Source of the DNA: Eledone cirrhosa
Lineage: Eukaryota
Direction of reading: 5' to 3'
NCBI GenBank assembly: GCA_964016885.1
Contig: OZ024751.1
Location: 1,922,001 to 1,986,000, forward strand
Length of the DNA stretch: 64,000 nucleotides
This document shows positions 62,601 to 64,000 of this stretch, piece after piece. Each line of letters begins with the position of its first letter. Within the stretch, counting starts at the first letter, position 1. Below the pieces are notes generated by a model, which saw only the letters and a list, made by a program, of their open reading frames with translations, was not told where the DNA came from and ran no database searches. The position numbers and the translations under genes were made by a program.

Positions 62601-64000
62601 GGTGTTGTTGGTGTCACTGTTGTTGGTGTTGTTGGTGTTACTGTTGTTGGTGTTGTTGGTGTTACTGTTGTTGGTGTTGTTTGTGTTACTGTTGTTGGTG
62701 TTGTTTGTGTTACTGTTGTTGGTGTTGGTGGTGTTACTGTTGTTGGTGTTGTTGGTGTTACTGGTGTTGGTGGTGTTGGTCTTACTGTTGTTGGTGTTGT
62801 TAGTGTTACTGTTGTTGGTCTTGTTGGTGTTACTGTTGTTGGTGTTGTTAGTGTTACTGTTGTTGGTGTTGTTTGTGTTACTGTTGTTGGTGTTGGTGGT
62901 GTTACTGTTGTTGGTGTTACTGCTGTTGGTGTTGTTGGTGTTACTGTTGTTGTTGTTGTTGGTGTTTCTGTTGTTGGTGGTGTTGGTGTTACTGTTGTTG
63001 GTGTTGTTGGTGTTACTGTTGTTGGTGTTGGTGGTGTTACTGTTGTTGGTGTTGTTGGTGTTACTGTTGTTGGTGTTGTTGGTGTTACTGTTGTTGGTGT
63101 TGTTGGTGTTACTGTTGTTGATGGTGTTGGTGTTACTGTTGTTGGTGTTGTTAGTGTTACTGTTGTTGGTGTTGTTGGTGTTACTGTTGTTGGTGTTGTT
63201 AGTGTTACTGTTGTTGGTGTTGTTGGTGTTACTGTTGTTGGTGTTGTTTGTGTTACTGTTGTTGGTGTTGTTGGTGTTACTGTTGTTGGTGTTGTTGGTG
63301 TTAGTGTTGTTGGTGTTGTTGGTGTTACTGTTGTTGATGTTATTAGTGTTAATGTTGTTGGTGTTGTTGGTGTTACTGTTGTTGGTGTTGTTAGTGTTAC
63401 TGTTGTTGGTGTTGTTAGTGTTACTATTGTTGGTGTTGTTGGTGTTACTGTTGTTGGTGTTGTTAGTGTTACTGTTGTTGGTGTTGTTATTGTTACTGTT
63501 GTTGGTGTTGCTGGTGTTACTGTTGTTGGTGTTGTTGGTGTTACTGTTGTTGGTGTTGTTGGTGTTACTGTTGTTGGTGTTGTTGGTGTTACTGTTGTTG
63601 GTGTTGTTAGTGTTACTGTTGTTGGTGTTGTTAGTGTTACTGTTGTCGGTGTTGTTGGTTTTACTGTTGTTGGTGTTGTTGGTGTTACTGTTGTTGGTGT
63701 TGTTGGTGTTACTGTTGTTGGTGTTGTTAGTGTTACTGTTGTTGGTGTTGTTGGTGTTACTGTTGTTGGTGTTGTTGGTGTTACTGTTGTTGGTGTTATT
63801 AGTGTTACTGTTGTTGGTGTTGTTTGTGTTACTGTTGTTGGTGTTGTTGGTGTTACTGTTGTTGGTGTTATTGGTGTTACTGTTGTTGGTGTTGTTTGTG
63901 TTACTGTTGTTGGTGTTGTTGGTGTTACTGTTGTTGGTGTTATTGGTGTTACTGTTGTTGGTGTTGTTGGTGTTACTGTTGTTGGCGTTGTTAGTGTTAC
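38675..64000 (-). CDS. Putative giant mucin-like Thr/Pro-rich (PTS) tandem-repeat domain, (TPTTPTTV)n; 5'-partial, ~8,400 codons in window
   Basis: ORF track gives 38675..62617 (-), 7980 aa. Its 'start' is an internal GTG Val codon (gtcact on +), and I see no stop or frameshift between 62617 and 64000. The consensus is 5/8 Thr, 2/8 Pro, 1/8 Val, as in mucin PTS domains. No signal peptide, Cys-rich, vWD, SEA or TM domain is visible, so coding status is inferred from composition and frame preservation only. Confidence 0.55.
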   Translation of the reverse strand, partial: VTLTTPTTVTPTTPTTVTPITPTTVTPTTPTTVTQTTPTTVTPITPTTVTPTTPTTVTQTTPTTVTLITPTTVTPTTPTTVTPTTPTTVTLTTPTTVTPTTPTTVTPTTPTTVKPTTPTTVTLTTPTTVTLTTPTTVTPTTPTTVTPTTPTTVTPTTPTTVTPATPTTVTITTPTTVTLTTPTTVTPTTPTIVTLTTPTTVTLTTPTTVTPTTPTTLTLITSTTVTPTTPTTLTPTTPTTVTPTTPTTVTQTTPTTVTPTTPTTVTLTTPTTVTPTTPTTVTLTTPTTVTPTPSTTVTPTTPTTVTPTTPTTVTPTTPTTVTPPTPTTVTPTTPTTVTPTPPTTETPTTTTTVTPTTPTAVTPTTVTPPTPTTVTQTTPTTVTLTTPTTVTPTRPTTVTLTTPTTVRPTPPTPVTPTTPTTVTPPTPTTVTQTTPTTVTQTTPTTVTPTTPTTVTPTTPTTVTPTTPTTVTPTTPTTVTPTTPTTVTLTTPTTVTPTTPTTVTPTTPTTVTPPTPTTVILATPTTVTQTTPTTVTPTTPTTVTLTTPTTVTPTTPTTVTLTTPTTVTTTPSTTVTPTTPTTVTPTTPTTVTPTTPTTVTPPTPSTVTPTTPTTVTPTPPTTETPTTPTTVTPTTPTTVIPTTVTPPTPTTVTQTTPTTVTLTTPTTVTPTTPTTVTLTTLTTPTTVRPTPPTPVTPTTPTTVTPTTPTTVTPTTPTTVTSPTPTTVTQTTPTTVTKTTPTTVTPPTPTTVTPTTPTTVTPITPTTVTPTTPTTVTPTTPTTVTPPTPTTVTPTTPTTLILTTRTTVTPATPTTVTPTTPTTVTPITPTTVTQTTPTTVTQTTQTTVTLITPTAITPTTPTTVTPTTPTTVTLTTPTTVTPTTPTAVTPTTPTTVTPTPPTPTKTTPTTVTPTTVTPTKPTTVTLTTPTTVTPTKPTTVTPTTPTTVTLTTPTTVTLTTPTTVTPTTPTTVTPITPTTVTPTTPTTVTQTTPTTVTPITPTTVTPTTPTTVTQTTPTTVTLITPTTVTPTTPTTVTPTTPTTVTLTTPTTVTLTTPTTVTPTTPTTVKPTTPTTVTLTTPTTVTLTTPTTVTPTTPTTVTPTTPTTVKPTTPTTVTPATPTTVTITTPTTVTLTTPTTVTPTTPTIVTLTTPTTVTLTTPTTVTPTTPTTLTLITSTTVTPTTPTTLTPTTPTTVTPTTPTTVTQTTPTTVTPTTPTTVTLTTPTTVTPTTPTTVTLTTPTTVTPTPSTTVTPTTPTTVTPTTPTTVTPTTPTTVTPTTPTTVTPATPTTVTITTPTTVTLTTPTTVTPTTPTIVTLTTPTTVTLTTPTTVTPTTPTTLTLITSTTVTPTTPTTLTPTTPTTVTPTTPTTVTQTTPTTVTPTTPTTVTLTTPTTVTPTTPTTVTLTTPTTVTPTPSTTVTPTTPTTVTPTTPTTVTPTTPTTVTPPTPTTVTPTTPTTVTPTPPTTETPTTTTTVTPTTPTAVTPTTVTPPTPTTVTQTTPTTVTLTTPTTVTPTRPTTVTLTTPTTVRPTPPTPVTPTTPTAVTPPTPTTVTQTTPTTVTQTTPTTVTPTTPTTVTPTTPTTVTPTTPTTVTPTTPTTVTPTTPTTVTLTTPTTVTPTTPTTVTPTTPTTVTQTTPTTVTPTTPTTVTLTTPTTVTPTTPTTVTLTTPTTVTTTPSTTVTPTTPTTVTPTTPTTVTPTTPTTVTPPTPSTVTPTTPTTVTPTPPTTETPTTPTTVTPTTPTTVIPTTVTPPTPTTVTQTTPTTLTTPTTVRPTPPTPVTPTTPTTVTPTTPTTVTPTTPTTVTSPTPTTVTQTTPTTVTKTTPTTVTPPTPTTVTPTTPTTVTPITPTTVTPTTPTTVTPTTPTTVTPPTPTTVTPTTPTTLILTTRTTVTPATPTTVTPTTPTTVTPITPTTLTQTTPTTVTQTTQTTVTLITPTTITPTTPTTVTPTTPTTVTLTTPTTVTPTTPTAVTPTTPTTVTPTPPTPTKTTPTTVTPTTVTPTKPTTVTLTTPTTVTPTKPTTVTPTTPTTVTLTTPTTVTQTTPTTVTPTTPTTVTLTTPTTVTPTTPTTVTLTTPTTVTTTPSTTVTPTTPTTVTPTTPTTVTPTTPTTVTPPTPSTVTPTTPTTVTPTPPTTETPTTPTTVTPTTPTTVIPTTVTPPTPTTVTQTTPTTVTLTTPTTVTPTTPTTVTLTTLTTPTTVRPTPPTPVTPTTPTTVTPTTPTTVTPTTPTTVTSPTPTTVTQTTPTTVTKTTPTTVTPPTPTTVTPTTPTTVTPITPTTVTPTTPTTVTPTTPTTVTPPTPTTVTPTTPTTLILTTRTTVTPATPTTVTPTTPTTVTPITPTTVTQTTPTTVTQTTQTTVTLITPTTITPTTPTTVTPTTPTTVTLTTPTTVTPTTPTAVTPTTPTTVTPTPPTPTKTTPTTVTPTTVTPTKPTTVTLTTPTTVTPTKPTTVTPTTPTTVTLTTPTTVTLTTPTTVTPTTPTTVTPITPTTVTPTTPTTVTQTTPTTVTPITPTTVTPTTPTTVTQTTPTTVTLITPTTVTPTTPTTVTPTTPTTVTLTTPTTVTLTTPTTVTPTTPTTVKPTTPTTITLTTPTTVTLTTPTTVTPTTPTTVTPTTPTTVKPTTPTTVTPATPTTVTITTPTTVTLTTPTTVTPTTPTIVTLTTPTTVTLTTPTTVTPTTPTTLTLITSTTVTPTTPTTLTPTTPTTVTPTTPTTVTQTTPTTVTPTTPTTVTLTTPTTVTPTTPTTVTLTTPTTVTLTPSTTITPTTPTTVTPTTPTTVTPTTPTTVTPPTPTTVTPTTPTTVTPTPPTTERPTTTTTVTPTTPTAVTPTTVTPPTPTTVTQTTPTKVTLTTPTTVTPTRPTTVTLTTPTTVRPTPPTPVTPTTPTTVTPTTVTQTTPTTVTQTTPTTVTPTTPTTVTPTTPTTVTLTTPTTVTPTTPTTVTQTTPTTVTPTIPTTVTLTTPTTVTPTTPTTVTLTTPTTVTPTPSTTVTPTTPTTLTPTTPTTVTPTTPTTVTPTTPTTVTLTTPTTVTPTPSTTVTPTTPTTLTPTTPSTVTPTTPTTVTPAPPTTETPTTPTTVTPTTPTTVIPTTVTPPTPTTVTQTTPTTVTLTTLTTPTTVRPTPPTPVTPTTPTTVTPTTPTTVTPTTPTTVTPPTPTTVTQTTPTTVTQTTPTTVTPPTPTTVTPTTPTTVTPITPTTVTPTTPTTVTPTTPTTVTPPTPTTVTPTTPTTLILTTPTTVTPTTPTTVTPTTPTTVTPITPTTVTPPTPTTVTPTAPTTVTPTTPTTVTLTTPTTVTPTTPTAVTPITPTTVTPTPPTPTKTTPTTVTPTKPTTVTLTTPTTVTPTKPTTVTPTTPTTVTLTTPTTVTLTTPTTVTPTTPTTVTPITPTTVTPTTPTTVTQTTPTTVTLITPTTVTPTTPTTVTPTTPTTVTLTTPTTVTLTTPTTVTPTTPTTVKPTTPTTVTLTTPTTVTLTTPTTVTPTTPTTVTPTTPTTVTPTTPTTVTPATPTTVTITTPTTVTLTTPTTVTPTTPTTLTLITSTTVTPTTPTTLTPTTPTTVTPTTPTTVTQTTPTTVTPTTPTTVTLTTPTTVTPTTPTTVTLTTPTTVTPTTPTTVTPPTPTTVTPTTPTTVTPTPPTTETPTTTTTLTPTTPTAVTPTTVTPPTPTTVTQTTPTTVTLTTPTTVTPATPTTVTLTTPTTVRPTPPTPVTPTTPTTVTPPTPTTVTQTTPTTVTQTTPTTVTPTTPTTVTPPTPTTVILATPTTVTQTTPTTVTPTTPTTVTLTTPTTVTPTTPTRVTLTTPTTVTPTPSTTVTPTTPTTVTPTTPTTVTPTTPTTVTPPTPSTVTPTTPTTVTPTPPTTETPTTPTTVTPTTPTTVIPTTVTPPTPKIVTQTTPTTGTLTTPTTVTPTTPTTVTLTTLTTPTTVIPTPPTPVTPTTPTTVTPTTPTTVTPTTPTTVTPPTPTTVTQTTPTTVTQTTPTTVTPPTPTTVTPTTPTTVTPITPTTVTPTTPTTVTPTTPTTVTPPTPTTVTPTTPTTLILTTPTTVTPTTPTTVTPTTPTTVTPITPTTVTPPTPTTVILATPTTVTQTTPTTVTPTTPTTVTLTTPTTVTPTTPTTVTLTTPTTVTPTPSTTVTPTTPTTVTPTTPTTVTPTTPTTVTPPTPSTVTPTPPTPTKTTPTTVTPTKPTTVTLTTPTTVTPTKPTTVTPTTPTTVTLTPPTTVTLTTPTTVTPTTPTTVTPITPTTVTPTTPTTVTQTTPTTVTLITPTTVTPTTPTTVTPPTPVTPTTPTTVTPTTPTTVTPTTPTTVTPPTPTTVTQTTPTTVTQTTPTTVTPPTPTTVTPTTPTTVTPITPTTVTPTTPTTVTPTTPTTVTPPTPTTVTPTTPTTLILTTPTTVTPTTPTTVTPTTPTTVTPITPTTVTPPTPTTVILATPTTVTQTTPTTVTPTTPTTVTLTTPTTVTPTTPTTVTLTTPTTVTPTPSTTVTPTTPTTVTPTTPTTVTPTTPTTVTPPTPSTVTPTPPTPTKTTPTTVTPTKPTTVTLTTPTTVTPTKPTTVTPTTPTTVTLTTPTTVTLTTPTTVTPTTPTTVTPITPTTVTPTTPTTVTQTTPTTVTLITPTTVTPTTPTTVTPTTPTTVTLTTPTTVTLTTPTTVTPTTPTTVKPTTPTTVTLTTPTTVTLTTPTTVTPTTPKTVTPTTPTTVTPTTPTTVTPATPTTVTITTPTTVTLTTPTTVTPTTPTTLTLITSTTVTPTTPTTLTPTTPTTVTPTTPTTVTQTTPTTVTPTTPTTVTLTTPTTVTPTTPTTVTLTTPTTVTPTTPTTVTPPTPTTVTPTTPTTVTPTPPTTETPTTTTTLTPTTPTAVTPTTVTPPTPTTVTQTTPTTVTLTTPTTVTPATPTTVTLTTPTTVRPTPPTPVTPTTPTTVTPPTPTTVTQTTPTTVTQTTPTTVTPTTPTKVTPPTPTTVILATPTTVTQTTPTTVTPTTPTTVTLTTPTTVTPTTPTTVTLTTPTTVTPTPSTTVTPTTPTTVTPTTPTTVTPTTPTTVTPPTPSTVTPTTPTTVTPTPPTTETPTTPTTVTPTTPTTVIPTTVTPPTPTTVTQTTPTTVTLTTPTTVTPTTPTTVTLTTLTTPTTVIPTPPTPVTPTTPTTVTPTTPTTVTPTTPTTVTPPTPTTVTQTTPTTVTQTTPTTVTPPTPTTVTPTTPTTVTPITPTTVTPTTPTTVTPTTPTTVTPPTPTTVTPTTPTTLILTTPTTVTPTTPTTVTPTTPTTVTPITPTIVTPPTPTTVILATPTTVTQTTPTTVTPTTPTTVTLTTPTTVTPTTPTTVTLTTPTTVTPTPSTTVTPTTPTTVTPTTPTTVTPTTPTTVTPPTPSTVTPTTPTTVTPTPPTTETPTTPTTVTPTTPTTVIPTTVTPPTPTTVTQTTPTTVTLTTPTTVTPATPTTVTLTTPTTVRPTPPTPVTPTTPTTVTPPTPTTVTQTTPTTVTQTTPTTVTPTTPTKVTPPTPTTVILATPTTVTQTTPTTVTPTTPTTVTLTTPTTVTPTTPTTVTLTTPTTVTPTPSTTVTPTTPTTVTPTTPTTVTPTTPTTVTPPTPSTVTPTTPTTVTPTPPTTETPTTPTTVTPTTPTTVIPTTVTPPTPTTVTQTTPTTVTLTTPTTVTPTTPTTVTLTTLTTPTTVIPTPPTPVTPTTPTTVTPTTPTTVTPTTPTTVTPPTPTTVTQTTPTTVTQTTPTTVTPPTPTTVTPTTPTTVTPITPTTVTPTTPTTVTPTTPTTVTPPTPTTVTPTTPTTLILTTPTTVTPTTPTTVTPTTPTTVTPITPTIVTPPTPTTVILATPTTVTQTTPTTVTPTTPTTVTLTTPTTVTPTTPTTVTLTTPTTVTPTPSTTVTPTTPTTVTPTTPTTVTPTTPTTVTPPTPSTVTPTTPTTVTPTPPTTETPTTPTTVTPTTPTTVIPTTVTPPTPTTVTLTTPPTPTTVTPTTPTTLILTTPTTVTPTTPTTVTPTTPTTVTPITPTTVTPTTPTTVTQTTQTTVTLITPTTITPTTPTTITPTTPTTVTPTTPTTVTLTTPTTVTPTTPTTVTLTTLTTPTTVIPTPPTPVTPTTPTTVTPTTPTTVTPTTPTTVTPPTPTTVTQTTPTTVTQTTPTTVTPPTPTTVTPTTPTTVTPITPTTVTPTTPTTVTPTTPTTVTPPTPTTVTPTTPTTLILTTPTTVTPTTPTTVTPTTPTTVTPITPTTVTPPTPTTVILATPTTVTQTTPTTVTPTTPTTVTLTTPTTVTPTTPTTVTLTTPTTVTPTPSTTVTPTTPTTVTPTTPTTVTPTTPTTVTPPTPSTVTPTTPTTVTPTPPTTETPTTPTTVTPTTPTTVIPTTVTPPTPTTVTQTTPTTVTLTTPTTVTPTTPTTVTLTTLTTPTTVIPTPPTPVTPTTPTTVTPTTPTTVTPTTPTTVTPPTPTTVTQTTPTTVTQTTPTTVTPPTPTTVTPTTPTTVTPITPTTVTLTTPTTVTPTTPTTVTPPTPTTVTPTTPTTLILTTPTTVTPTTPTTVTPTTPTTVTPITPTTVTPTTPTTVTQTTQTTVTLITPTTITPTTPTTITPTTPTTVTPTTPTTVTLTTPITVTPTTPTAVTPTTPTTVTPTPPTPTKTTPTTVTPTTVTPTTPTTVTLTKPTTVTPTTPTTVTLTTPTTVTLTTPTTVTPTTPTTVTPITPTTVTPTTPTTVTQTTPTTVTPTTPTTVTQTTPTTVTLITPITVTLTTPTTVTLTTPTTVTPTTPTTVKPTTPTTVTLTTPTTVTLITPTTVTPTTPTTVTPTTPTTVTPTTPTTVTLTTPTTVTLITPTAVTPTTPTTVTPTTPTTVTPTTPTTVTPATPTTVTITTPTTVTLTTPTTVTPTTPTTVTLTTPTTVTLTTPTTVTPTTPTILTVITSTTVTPTTPTALTPTTPTTVTPTTPTTVTQTTPTTVTATTPTTVTLTTPTTVTPTTVTLTTPTTVTPTPSTTVTPTTPTTVTPTTPTTVTPTTPTTVTLTTPTTVTLTTPTTVTPTTPTTVTPPTPTTVTPITVTPTTPTTVTLTTPTTVTLTTPTTVTPTTPTTVTPITPTTVTPTTPTTVTQTTPTTVTPITPTTVTPPTPTTVTLITSTTVTPTTPTTVTQTTPTTVTPPTPTTPTTVTPPTPTTVTLITPPTPTTVTPTTPTAVTPTTPTPVTPTTPTTVTPTTTPTTVTPTTPITLTLTTPTAVTPTSPTTVTPSTPTTVTPPKPTTVTLITPTTVTPRTPTTVTPPTPTTVTLTTPTTVTLTTPTTVTPTTPTTVTPTTPTTVTPTTPTTVTPTTPTTVTPATPTTVTITTPTTVTLTTPTTVTPTTPTTVTPITPTTVTPTTPTTVTQTTPTTVTPTTPTTVTPTTPTTETPTTPTTVTLTTPTTVTQTTPTTVTQTTPTTVTPTTPTTVTPTTPTTVTITTPTTVTLTTPTTVTPTTPTTVTPITPTTVTPTTPTTVTQTTPTTVTPTTPTTVTPTTPTTVTPTTPTTVTLTTPTTVTPTPPTTPITVTPTTPTTVTPTTPTTVTPTTPTTVTLTTPTTVTLITPTTVTPTTPTTVTPTTPTTVTPTTPTTVTPATPTTVTITTPTTVTLTTPTTVTPTTPTTVTPPTPTTVTPITVTPTTPTTVTPPTPTTVTLITSTTVTPTTPTTVTQTTPTTVTPPTPTTPTTVTPPTPTTVTLITPPTPTTVTPTTPTAVTPTTPTPVTPTTPTTVTPTTTPTTVTPTTPITVTLITPPTPTTVTPTTPTAVTPTTPTPVTPTTPTTVTPTTTPTAVTPTSPTTVTPSTPTTVTPPKPTTVTLITPTTVTPRTPTTVTPPTPTTVTLTTPTTVTLTTPTTVTPTTPTTVTPTTPTTVTPTTPATVTVTTPTTVTLTTPTTVTPTTPTTVTAPTTVTPIPVTPTTPTTVTPPTPTTVTLITSTTVTPTTPTTVTPPKPTTLTLIKPTTVTSRTPTTVTPPTPTTLTPTTPTTVTLTTPTTVTPTTPTTITPPTPTTVTLTTPTTVTPTPPTTVTPPTPTTVTQTTPTTVTQTTPTTVTPPTPTTVTPTTPTTVTLTTPTTVTPTTPTTVTPTTPTTVTPPTPTTVILTTPTTVTPTTPTTVTPPTPTTVTQTTPTTVTQTTPTTVTPPTPTTVTPTTPTTVTLTTPTTVTPTTPTTVTPTTPTTVTPPTPTTVILTTPTTVTPTTPTTVTPTTPTTVTPPTPTTVILTTPTTVTPTPPTTVTPPTPTTVILTTPTTVTPTTPTTVTPPTPTTVTPTITTTVTPTTPTTVTTTSPTTVRPTTPTTVTPTTPTTVTLTTPTTVTLTTPTTVTPTKPTTVTPTTPTTVTQTTPTTVIPTTPTTVTLITSTTVTPTTPTTVTQTTPTTVTPPTPTTPTTVTPPTPTTVTLITSTTVTPTTPTTVTQTTPTTVTPPTPTTVTLITPPTPTTVTPTTPTAVTPTTPNQ
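44400..54000. repeat. Nested in-frame higher-order repeats (960-bp = 40-unit period, plus 1047, 1623 and 3603 offsets)
   Basis: The gctagtattact marker (VILAT on minus) is at 45318, 46551, 47511, 48174, 49134, 50730, 51777 and 52737. agtattaat is at 44481 and 45441. All offsets are divisible by 3. Confidence 0.85.
55200..64000. repeat. In-frame higher-order duplications (offsets 504, 1284, 3363, 4032, 4536)
   Basis: ORF starts 55478/59510/62873, acggct at 56808/58092/61344, and gatgttatt at 59973/60477/63336. Confidence 0.8.

Larger units (their letters stand above)
1..64000. repeat. Continuous 24-bp tandem repeat array (consensus GGTGTTACTGTTGTTGGTGTTGTT) with (GTT)n 3-nt sub-periodicity; about 2,700 units, truncated by both window edges
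   Basis: GTTACTGTTGTTGGTGTTGTTGGT or a 1-2 nt variant recurs every ~24 nt from the first line to the last. Unit count is 64000/24. Shorter and longer units (9, 15, 21, 27 nt) are interspersed. Confidence 0.99.

Noticed and set aside
62615-62617. Start codon of the 7980-aa ORF
   Set aside because: It is a synonymous GTA>GTG Val variant inside the repeat. The frame stays open upstream to the window edge.
1-64000. CRISPR array
   Set aside because: There are no unique spacers, units abut directly, and no cas genes or leader are present.
1-64000. Telomeric repeat tract (GT-rich strand, unit length like budding-yeast telomeres)
   Set aside because: Variants are inherited in kb-scale higher-order blocks rather than templated uniformly, and the unit matches no telomere motif I recognise. 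A subtelomeric location cannot be excluded.
1-64000. G-quadruplex array
   Set aside because: Only GG doublets separated by 7-13 nt are present, and GGG runs are very rare.
38675-64000. Assignment to MUC2 or MUC5AC
   Set aside because: The unit differs from the human repeats and no diagnostic non-repeat domains are in the window, so no gene symbol is given.
1-64000. Diversity-generating retroelement or programmed frameshift system
   Set aside because: There is no reverse transcriptase or template/variable pair, variants are not adenine-specific, and no slippery heptamer or structure occurs at the lesions.
1-64000. MYB-core (CNGTTR) transcription-factor site in every unit
   Set aside because: A short degenerate match is expected in GTT-rich DNA, and nothing here supports function.

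Overview
The whole 64 kb window is one tandem array of a 24-bp unit, consensus GGTGTTACTGTTGTTGGTGTTGTT on the + strand (13 T, 9 G, 1 A, 1 C). There is no unique flanking sequence, and the array runs off both edges. On the minus strand the unit reads ACA-CCA-ACA-ACA-CCA-ACA-ACA-GTA = TPTTPTTV, a mucin-type Thr/Pro (PTS) repeat. The array has two halves. From 64000 down to ~38683 the TPTTPTTV frame is unbroken (>25 kb, ~8,400 codons), and the indels and duplication offsets I measured there are multiples of 3. A 1-nt deletion at ~38683 ends the frame at TAA 38675-38677. From there to position 1 the same repeat carries about 40 single-base deletions, most of them copies of one lesion spread by kb-scale higher-order duplications. 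The best reading is a giant mucin-like repeat exon whose downstream part has decayed into, or is, non-coding satellite. A purely non-coding satellite or assembly artefact cannot be excluded from this window. The + strand poly-V/G, poly-L/V and CCWCY ORFs are by-products of the repeat. I see no RNA genes, CRISPR array, mobile element or recognisable named gene, and the organism cannot be determined. Coordinates were counted by eye and may be off by a few bases.
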